A stretch of 14,225 bases of DNA, from contig JAOUFI010000054.1 in assembly GCA_029858305.1 (NCBI GenBank), positions 1 to 14,225 on the forward strand, in the 5' to 3' direction. This document shows, in pieces, positions 8,493-14,225 of this stretch. Source of the stretch: Candidatus Thorarchaeota archaeon (GTDB lineage Archaea > Asgardarchaeota > Thorarchaeia > Thorarchaeales > Thorarchaeaceae). The notes under the pieces are model-generated. The model searched no databases. It worked only from the letters and a program-made list of their open reading frames with translations, and was not told where the DNA came from. The translations under genes and the position numbers were made by a program. Numbering within the stretch: position 1 is the first letter of the stretch; each line of letters opens with the position of its first letter.

Positions 8493-9272
8493 ATGGACTA
8501 TAGCGAAATAAAAGAAATGGAGCTCTTAGGCCATAATGCATGGGTAGCTGAGGAGAAGATGCGTATAGGCGGATGGTTGCTTCGCGCGGATCACGGAGTA
8601 ACTAGACGTGCGAACAGCGTTCTTCCGTTAGAGTCTCCGAATCTCTCTCTTCCCATAGCAATCAATTCTGTAATCGAATTTTATAGATGTAGGGATCTCA
8701 TTCCTAGATTTCAGATGACTGAAGCCAGTCAACCCTCTGGACTTGATAGTGAGCTGGAGCAACGAGGATTTTCGATAGGTCTTCAGGTGGAAGTCTGGAC
8801 CGCAAATCTATCCACACTTCTTGCGACTCAAACAGAATTGAAAACAGTCCTTTTACCTCAAGCAACAGATGATTGGATTGAAACGTATAAAATTTCATCC
8901 GGTCATGACCCTTTAACAATGAGCGTCCGCTTGGAAATCATGGAGAGGACCAGCCTACCGAGAACCTATGCAATAGCAATGGTTGAAGAAATCACCGCAG
9001 CCATCGGTTTTGGAGTTGTTGAGAGGCCTTGGCTAGGTATATTTGGTATAGCGACACATCCTGATATGAGACGTAGGGGTGCTGCAATAGCAGTGAATAT
9101 AGCTTTGGGTGACTGGGCGCAGAAACTTGGAGCTGAGTATGCCTATCTACTTGTTGAAAAAGAAAACCGATTTGCTAAAGCTCTCTATACGAAGTTGGGA
9201 TTCAAGCATGCCTATAGATACTGGTATAGAGAATTACTTGGTGCAAAAGAGCAAAGAAGCCGCAGTTGTTGA
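8493..9272 (+). CDS. GNAT family N-acetyltransferase
   Basis: N-terminal GWLLRADHGVTRRANSVLP. Acetyl-CoA motif A is IATHPDMRRRGAA and motif B is LLVEKENRFAKALYTKLGF. Strong RBS AAGGAGG at 8477-8483. Confidence 0.93.
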   Translation: MDYSEIKEMELLGHNAWVAEEKMRIGGWLLRADHGVTRRANSVLPLESPNLSLPIAINSVIEFYRCRDLIPRFQMTEASQPSGLDSELEQRGFSIGLQVEVWTANLSTLLATQTELKTVLLPQATDDWIETYKISSGHDPLTMSVRLEIMERTSLPRTYAIAMVEEITAAIGFGVVERPWLGIFGIATHPDMRRRGAAIAVNIALGDWAQKLGAEYAYLLVEKENRFAKALYTKLGFKHAYRYWYRELLGAKEQRSRSC

Positions 9273-9310
9273 CAGGCAACCTGCTGCGGCACTCTTAGAT
9301 TTTTGTAGAC

Positions 9311-10105
9311 TCAAAGAGTATTGACCATTTTTGTGAAATCTGATTTAATCTTCAGGGCTCCCTCTGAACCACCAAAATCCCCCGGTGTGATACTGATTTC
9401 ATTCTCCTTCAAAAGGACTTCAATGACCATGATTCCTGGTACTTCAATCTTCATTCCGGGTGTTCCACTTCGCTCGATTTTCTCTGTGTAGACAATATCT
9501 GAGTTCTTGATTGTCGCCATCATTAGGTAGCCGGCTTTCTTGTCTGCTAGTGTCACTGTGGGTTCTGATGTCAAGGGGGGAGTTGGTTTTGCTTTTGGTG
9601 GTGTATATTTTTGTCCTGCTGGTTCATCTCGTATCGTTCGAGCTGTCAGCACAGGTTCTGGTTCTGGCTCTCGTCGTTTGGTTGGGGCACCAGCAATAGG
9701 TTCGGTGCTACTCGTAGCTACATCCTTTTTGAAAGCCAAGAACTTGTCATCGAAACTCCACTTATAGTCTAGAATAGTTTTGAAAGACATGATAGCAGAT
9801 GCAACTTCAGGATCCGTGTCATCCTTCTCCATCATTTCTATGAGCTTTCCAGAAGCGAGTCCAATAGTTGTCACACCAATCTTAAACCCAGACTTCTGAA
9901 TGCTTCTCGCCATACGTGTCGCATGCATTCTTGTAGGCATACTCACGTGGCGACCAATCCATAGCCAACATGTGTCATTGTATTCATCAAGCACAATTAA
10001 CGCATGGTCTGCGTTCACAAGTCCAACATCTAACCGCACTGGAGCGAGCTCACCTGAATCATCGGATAGCATCAGCAAAAACGGTTTTCTTGAAAGCGTC
10101 TTCAT
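9311..10105 (-). CDS. Gelsolin-like domain protein with Pro/Thr-rich linker and unrecognised C-terminal domain
   Basis: N-terminal about 115 aa: LVNADHALIVLDEYNDTCWLWIGRHVSMPTRMHATRMARSIQ...LIEMMEKD...F follows the gelsolin core pattern (hydrophobic strand-D, W.W.G, long helix A...A..I, E...F). ATG at 10105 is preferred to 10156 because GGAGG lies at 10118-10122 and a TATA-like box at 10164-10170. Confidence 0.72.
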   Translation of the reverse strand: MKTLSRKPFLLMLSDDSGELAPVRLDVGLVNADHALIVLDEYNDTCWLWIGRHVSMPTRMHATRMARSIQKSGFKIGVTTIGLASGKLIEMMEKDDTDPEVASAIMSFKTILDYKWSFDDKFLAFKKDVATSSTEPIAGAPTKRREPEPEPVLTARTIRDEPAGQKYTPPKAKPTPPLTSEPTVTLADKKAGYLMMATIKNSDIVYTEKIERSGTPGMKIEVPGIMVIEVLLKENEISITPGDFGGSEGALKIKSDFTKMVNTL

Positions 10106-10162
10106 TATAGAATATAGCCTCCTATGGTATGGTATGTCCCTACAGCTTCTCATCACTCATTG

Positions 10163-10178
10163 CTATTAAGAAATTCTT
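10163..10178 (-). promoter_or_regulatory. Putative TATA-like promoter of the gelsolin-domain gene
   Basis: Minus strand AAGAATTT-CTTAATAG, about 60 nt upstream of ATG 10105. Same core as at 1225-1231 and 10948-10954. Confidence 0.4.
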
Positions 10179-10211
10179 GGACAGACTCCGAGCAGAGTAA
10201 GTGTCCTTTTT
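10179..10211. terminator. Intergenic stem-loop just downstream of the Lrp/AsnC gene
   Basis: GGACA(10179-83)/TGTCC(10202-06) outer stem with inner ACTC/GAGT stem. A T5 run follows on the plus strand, so the orientation and function are unclear. Confidence 0.35.
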
Positions 10212-10216
10212 GCCTT

Positions 10217-10483
10217 CTAGGAAGCCAAACTGGTGGATGTCATGTCAATCTCAGAATCTATTACCAGTATTGACTGTGTATCTTCAATGCCTTTGATGCT
10301 ACGAACCTTCTGTGTTATTATCTCGACAAGCGTTTCCATATCTCGTCCACGCACTTCTGCAACAATATCATAGGGCCCAAAGACTTTGTGTGCCTCTTCT
10401 GTAACTGAGAGTTCGAGTACTTCTTTTAGAACTGCGTCTTCTTGTCCAACATGGGTGTTAATTAGGATGTAGGCTTTCACCAT
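10217..10483 (-). CDS. Stand-alone Lrp/AsnC ligand-binding (RAM) domain protein (demi-FFRP type, no HTH)
   Basis: MVKAYILINTHVGQEDAVLKEV...EAHKVFGPYDIVAEV......L.EIIT.KVRSIKGI.DT.S is the classic RAM pattern (AYILI, GPYDI). Archaeal-type RBS GGTGAT lies just upstream of ATG 10483, giving 88 aa. Confidence 0.9.
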   Translation of the reverse strand: MVKAYILINTHVGQEDAVLKEVLELSVTEEAHKVFGPYDIVAEVRGRDMETLVEIITQKVRSIKGIEDTQSILVIDSEIDMTSTSLAS

Positions 10484-10638
10484 AGTCAGAATCACCGGCT
10501 CGAGTCTGAGGGCTGGCAAAATAGACAGATAATACTTTCTCTAAGCTACATTGCCACCCTCTTTTCTCTCAACTTCCTATATCCTTTCGAACAGTATACG
10601 AGAAGCGTTTCAGAATTAAAAGCAATGAGAAGAATATC

Positions 10639-10666
10639 AAAAAAGCTGAAAGGGGACTGAGCCCCT
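10639..10666 (-). terminator. Hairpin plus U-tract terminator downstream of the 45-aa ORF
   Basis: Minus strand AGGGG-CTCAGT-CCCCT-TTCAGC-TTTTTT: a 5-bp GC-rich stem followed by a T6 run. Confidence 0.6.
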
Positions 10667-10715
10667 ATGCTCAACCCACTGCATATTTGCTAGAAGTAGC
10701 GTGGTGCGTTGATGT

Positions 10716-10853
10716 CTAGCCAGACATAGCAAACCGCGGACACTTGTCCTTAGTTATACCAGGAGTTTCGCAGGGCTTGTTCATTCCCGTGTAAAACTTG
10801 AATCCGTCAACACCGCACTTACCATCGGCCGCATTATATTTTGGACAGGTCAT
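10716..10853 (-). CDS. Unannotated 45-aa four-cysteine microprotein (putative metal-binding)
   Basis: ATG 10853 to TAG 10716 gives MTCPKYNAADGKCGVDGFKFYTGMNKPCETPGITKDKCPRFAMSG, with C-x9-C-x14-C-x9-C spacing and CPxY/CPxF ends. It fills an otherwise empty gap of about 500 nt, has a GGAAG RBS-like sequence upstream, and is flanked by promoter-like and terminator-like elements. It is below the ORF-track length cutoff. Confidence 0.72.
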   Translation of the reverse strand: MTCPKYNAADGKCGVDGFKFYTGMNKPCETPGITKDKCPRFAMSG

Positions 10854-10880
10854 TGATACATTCTTCCAATTCGGTCTTTC

Positions 10881-10921
10881 TAGTCCACGGTCCCAAACTA
10901 CTAGTAGTCCGGTTTGGACTA
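10881..10921 (-). promoter_or_regulatory. Palindrome-dense putative 5' leader or operator region of the microprotein gene
   Basis: On plus: TAGTCCA(10881-87)/TGGACTA(10915-21), CCAAAC(10893-98)/GTTTGG(10912-17), TAGTCC(10905-10)/GGACTA(10916-21), and a perfect 12-bp palindrome ACTACTAGTAGT(10897-10908). Confidence 0.5.
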
Positions 10922-10946
10922 ATATTTTTGACCTTAGGGTCGATAC

Positions 10947-10962
10947 ATATTAAGCTATTTCG
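10947..10962 (-). promoter_or_regulatory. Putative BRE/TATA promoter of the microprotein gene
   Basis: Minus strand CGAAATAG-CTTAATAT: BRE-like CGAAA followed by TTAATA. Standard archaeal spacing would put the start site near 10924, immediately before the structured leader. Confidence 0.5.
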
Positions 10963-11002
10963 GTTAGTTGTATTCTAGTGAATGAGTTCGCCATTGCTTC
11001 GA

Positions 11003-11815
11003 CTATAGAACTCCTCTCTTCTGAAGAACTTGCTTCAATAGAGATGGTTGATCTGTGAATATCCCATCCACGCCCATTTCAAGAAGATAGTTCATCGTGG
11101 GTTCATCATTGATAGTCCAGACATGGACAGCGATGTTGTGTTCATGTGCCTTGCTTATGAATTTCCTAGTCACGATAGTTAGGGGTCCTGATTTGATTGG
11201 GACTTGAAAGGCTCTATATTGAATATCTTTTCTCTTAATCCTAGGTAGTCCTATCTTTGTGTTAAGCACGAATTTCTGAACTTCCCCTGGATGGGCGCTT
11301 GTAGCAACATCCGGCATCAGTTCACGGAAACGTTCAAGCTGTACGCCATTGAACGAAGCGACTATCACGGACTTCCTCCTGTCCATATTCGAAATAAGCT
11401 GTGCGAGTTCACTTGTTGCAGATGGGAAGTCATCTTTGATGTCCAAGTTGAAAATCACATCTGGGAATCTCTCGAACGCATTTTGTAGGGTAACTATTTT
11501 GAGATTCTTTCCCCTGAATGGAAATGATTTCCCATTATCTGTAGTAAATGTGTAGCCCAGATCAAATTGCAGTATATCATCAAGAGTGTATGAGCGAATA
11601 CTTCCTTCCCTGCCTGTCGTGCGCGAAAGGTCGTCATCATGGAAGAGAACAATTTCATTATCCTTGGTCAATCGAACGTCCGACTCGAGAACATCAACAT
11701 CTAATGCGACAGCTGACTCTAGAGATAACATCGTATTCTCTGGTGTTCTTCCGGACTCACCTCGATGGGCCATAATCAGCGGTCTACCAAAATCGAAAAT
11801 TGATTTCTCTATCAT
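11003..11815 (-). CDS. Glycerophosphodiester phosphodiesterase (GDPD, cytoplasmic UgpQ/GlpQ-like)
   Basis: IMAHRG...PENT, LESDVRLTKD...VLFHD..L.RTT, NLDIK, VASF, VHVWTIN, GVDGIFTD.P. Both catalytic His residues and the E-x-D metal ligands are present. Confidence 0.96.
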   Translation of the reverse strand: MIEKSIFDFGRPLIMAHRGESGRTPENTMLSLESAVALDVDVLESDVRLTKDNEIVLFHDDDLSRTTGREGSIRSYTLDDILQFDLGYTFTTDNGKSFPFRGKNLKIVTLQNAFERFPDVIFNLDIKDDFPSATSELAQLISNMDRRKSVIVASFNGVQLERFRELMPDVATSAHPGEVQKFVLNTKIGLPRIKRKDIQYRAFQVPIKSGPLTIVTRKFISKAHEHNIAVHVWTINDEPTMNYLLEMGVDGIFTDQPSLLKQVLQKRGVL

Positions 11816-11890
11816 GATATATCACACAACCTTTCACCGGAATAAGTCCTCCTAATCGTCTAAAACTGGTGTAGATGTATTTATGAGAAA

Positions 11891-12832
11891 ATGACCGATG
11901 ACTATGTATGGAAAGATATGGTGGATGGGAATTCAAGTTTTCCTGAGTTCGAAAGGCTTCTTGAAAAAGACGCTCGTTCAGTCTATCACGAAGATAATCT
12001 AATTGATGCCAGATTTGGAATTGGCATGTTGCTCGCAGTAATTGGACTGACGATTATACTCTTGGGCTCGAGTCTTTCTAGTTTCATCTCCCTTGGACTT
12101 GCCCTGATTACTCTTGGATTACTGATCATGATTGCGACCATCATGATGAATCAATCTAAGCAACGCAAATACAAATTCTATGGTCTCTCCCGTAGTCTAA
12201 TCTCTGAGGCCATCATGTATATTGACATTCAAATATCTCAATCCAAAGACTCCGAATCATCAGTACGTTCTGATGAGATCCCACAGTTTTCAAGTAGCGA
12301 GATTGTGTCCAAGAGAGACAAGTTTCTTCTATTCTTAAGATCGACAAAAGGACTGATTACTTGGCCTTCAGAAACCATCAATCCAATAGAGGAAACTCTA
12401 CGAATTAATCGTGAAAAGCTCCCCTCTTTCCTAACTTGTTTAATAGTGATATTCTTCGTCCTAGCAATTGCCACCTACTTTCTCCTCATCTCAGGAATTC
12501 TTTTGGTGGTTGCCATTGGATTAATTCTACTTATCTGCACCATTCAATATCCCTTCACTATCCTTCAATTTTTGAGGAAGAACTTGCATGTCTTCAAAGG
12601 AGAGTGGATTAGTGATGTTCCCAGATCTGAACAAATTCAATTGGAAGAATCTCTGAATGAAATTTTCTCACGATTACAATCCGAATTTCTGTATCCTCTA
12701 CGATTCTTCGTTGTGCGAGAATATCCAAGCCTAAAATACACTGGCCGAATGAAAACAAGTTCTTCACTCATTCGATTGAAAGAAGCTATATTGTACCCTT
12801 TGAGTTCTATTCAAAACGAAAAGCTACCTTGA
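11891..12832 (+). CDS. Hypothetical membrane protein with two TM hairpins (about 4 TM) and a soluble C-terminal tail
   Basis: 313-aa ORF with hydrophobic pairs at about aa 43-87 and about aa 180-227, separated by a polar region. No family recognised. The 3' end overlaps the convergent dehydrogenase by 26 nt. Confidence 0.75.
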   Translation: MTDDYVWKDMVDGNSSFPEFERLLEKDARSVYHEDNLIDARFGIGMLLAVIGLTIILLGSSLSSFISLGLALITLGLLIMIATIMMNQSKQRKYKFYGLSRSLISEAIMYIDIQISQSKDSESSVRSDEIPQFSSSEIVSKRDKFLLFLRSTKGLITWPSETINPIEETLRINREKLPSFLTCLIVIFFVLAIATYFLLISGILLVVAIGLILLICTIQYPFTILQFLRKNLHVFKGEWISDVPRSEQIQLEESLNEIFSRLQSEFLYPLRFFVVREYPSLKYTGRMKTSSSLIRLKEAILYPLSSIQNEKLP

Positions 12833-14042
12833 TTGTCTTATTCTCGCTCTTTTTTGAAGCTACAGAAAATGCTGTTCTATATTGATCGATGCCAAAGATA
12901 TGGGTGACAAGACCTTTCAGACAAGATTGATCAGCATTCATTAAATCAAATGCGAGATCGAATGTGTCCAGTGATTTTCCATTATGTTCCTCTTTACCAT
13001 GCATCATTGAACAAAGTATATCCAGTTCCTTATACATTCCAAGAGCCCAGTCAGTCTTCTTTGTTACACCAAAACCCATTCCTACAATCACAACTGTGCC
13101 ATTGTTCCTTACTAGATGTAGTGCATCGTCTAATGTCGAGTCAGATCCAACACTGTCAAAAATGATATCCGCTCCAGAACCATAGAGAATCCTTTTTCCA
13201 ATCGCAGGTTTCACCAGTTGCCCTCCTGTCAGGTTTTCGATGTTCTGATAAAGTAAGTCTAATTTCATTGTAGAGATTACGTCGTCCGCACCCAATCGCC
13301 TTGCTGCCTCCTCTTGGAACGGATATCTCGCCAATGCAATCAGCCTGCATTTTGATCCCAGCCCTCTTATAGCTCTAATAATCATGAGTCCTATAATACC
13401 TGCTCCAATGACAAGAACAGTATCGCTGTCTGACGGATACCTTCTCTTTACAGCATGAATAGCAACTGCCAGAGGTTCTGCTAAGATCGCTATTTCGTCT
13501 GGAAGTTGTTCGGGTATCTTTCGTAGTTGGTCTTCATAAGTGACAAAATACTCACTAAAACCTCCACTTCCAAAGCCTCCGAACTTGAATCGACCCCCAT
13601 ATTTATCCTCTAATTCAGAGCCATCTCCGATTCCTGCGATTGCCTGACAGACTTCGGGTCTTCCTTCTCTGCAGTTTCTACAATATTCAAAGCCATATGC
13701 CTCACATGAGGCAATAGGCGAATGTGTCACCCGATCACCAACCTTCAGGCCAGTGACCTCAGAGCCAATCTCTTCCACAATCCCAACAACCTCATGACCC
13801 AGAGGAAATGGATTGTCCTTCCTAGCGAGAATTGAAGCGGAATAGGATATGTCCACATCGATTTGGTGAATGTCAGACGCGCATATTCCTGCCATGATGG
13901 ACTTGACCAAGACCTGTCTAGGAAACTTGACGCTAGGTTTTGGAAAGTCCGTATCGAACTTGATCATACTGTATTTCCCAGCTAACCTCATTTTCTTCCG
14001 GATTACTGTGGAGATCTTAAGATTGTACATTATTGCCTTCAA
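12807..14042 (-). CDS. Zinc-dependent medium-chain dehydrogenase/reductase (threonine/sorbitol dehydrogenase-like MDR)
   Basis: GICASD, GHEVVG.VEE.G..V..LKVGDRV, structural Zn lobe C-x7-C-x2-C-x7-C (CEAYGFEYCRNCREGRPEVC), EPLAVA.HA, and Rossmann GAGIIG. TTG at 14042 (MKAIMYNLK) with GAGGG RBS is preferred over ATG 14132. Substrate unknown. Confidence 0.92.
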   Translation of the reverse strand: MKAIMYNLKISTVIRKKMRLAGKYSMIKFDTDFPKPSVKFPRQVLVKSIMAGICASDIHQIDVDISYSASILARKDNPFPLGHEVVGIVEEIGSEVTGLKVGDRVTHSPIASCEAYGFEYCRNCREGRPEVCQAIAGIGDGSELEDKYGGRFKFGGFGSGGFSEYFVTYEDQLRKIPEQLPDEIAILAEPLAVAIHAVKRRYPSDSDTVLVIGAGIIGLMIIRAIRGLGSKCRLIALARYPFQEEAARRLGADDVISTMKLDLLYQNIENLTGGQLVKPAIGKRILYGSGADIIFDSVGSDSTLDDALHLVRNNGTVVIVGMGFGVTKKTDWALGMYKELDILCSMMHGKEEHNGKSLDTFDLAFDLMNADQSCLKGLVTHIFGIDQYRTAFSVASKKSENKTIKVAFRFE

Positions 14043-14088
14043 TGGTAGACCCTCTGGATATTCAAATACGGGGACTGGTACAGATATA

Positions 14089-14103
14089 TCCATTGTCAAT
14101 GGA
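14089..14103. promoter_or_regulatory. Perfect 7-1-7 inverted repeat upstream of the MDR dehydrogenase (candidate operator)
   Basis: TCCATTG-T-CAATGGA, about 47 nt upstream of the preferred TTG start, next to an AT-rich GATATATC segment. Confidence 0.45.
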
Positions 14104-14225
14104 GTCCAAAGGGTTGCATGAATTAATATCATTCAGAAGGATAACAGACTCATTGCGACACTGAAAACAATAGACATATCCATAAGCAGGTCCGGCAGAA
14201 AGTGAGTAAGTATGACACCTCCCAA

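Noticed and set aside
9240-9272. GNAT ends in a Cys (RSRSC) near an ICMT-family gene, hinting at prenyl-cysteine methylation
   Set aside because: It is not a CaaX, CC or CxC motif, no prenyltransferase is in view, and prokaryotic ICMT/PEMT-family proteins have other substrates.
10644-10671. Plus-strand GAA/A internal loop over an AGGGG/CCCCT stem, superficially like an archaeal SECIS
   Set aside because: No plus-strand gene lies next to it and no gene in the window shows an in-frame UGA at a Cys position. The hairpin is better explained as a minus-strand terminator.
10671-10718. Possible UAG readthrough (pyrrolysine) of the microprotein, given the hairpin right after TAG
   Set aside because: The extension would be only TSTHHATSSKYAVG then TGA, with no recognisable motif. 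No pyl genes are in the window, and other genes here end normally at TAG.
10976-10995. GTGAATGAGTTCGCCA resembles the 5' part of a fluoride riboswitch
   Set aside because: The match is partial, the downstream pseudoknot segment is missing, and on that strand it leads only into the antisense of GDPD.
501-14121. The remaining short 60-100 aa ORFs in the track (e.g. 501-686, 1102-1407, 2808-3050, 6454-6803, 7525-7710, 9511-10169, 11291-11855, 12950-13350, 13870-14121)
   Set aside because: All overlap longer, motif-supported genes on the opposite strand or in another frame, and show no recognisable motifs.
14043-14225. N-terminal extension of the dehydrogenase to 14132, and short open frames at the right edge
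   Set aside because: The extension has no MDR similarity and TTG 14042 has a good RBS. The edge frames on either strand are too short to support a call.
1-14225. CRISPR arrays, tRNA/rRNA genes, transposases, integrases or terminal inverted repeats
   Set aside because: No regularly spaced repeats, cloverleaf or rRNA-like segments, or recombinase motifs were seen by eye.

Overview
A gene-dense, moderately AT-rich archaeal-looking window. It is most likely from an Asgard archaeon (Thorarchaeia-like). This is an inference from a gelsolin-domain protein, a Vps62-like protein, a stand-alone Lrp/AsnC ligand-binding protein, GGAGG/GGTGA ribosome-binding sites and BRE/TATA-like boxes. Genes in order: ABC-2 permease (minus, runs off the left edge, absent from the ORF track); a 764-aa six-hairpin-glycosidase-like protein whose catalytic motifs look eroded; an EamA/DMT transporter; a Cys/His-rich protein with an AN1-like zinc finger; a bacterial-type nadB; an ICMT/PEMT-family methyltransferase interrupted by an in-frame TAA; a Vps62/NPP1-like protein; a GNAT acetyltransferase; a gelsolin-domain protein with an unrecognised C-terminal domain; a stand-alone Lrp/AsnC ligand-binding protein; an unannotated 45-aa four-Cys microprotein; a glycerophosphodiester phosphodiesterase; a 4-TM hypothetical protein; and a Zn-dependent MDR dehydrogenase. 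The most novel-looking element is the 10639-10962 cassette: the microprotein with its own promoter-like box, a multi-conformation 5' leader, a structured 3' trailer and a terminator. No rRNA, tRNA, CRISPR array or mobile element was seen. All family calls are by motif recognition only, with no database search.
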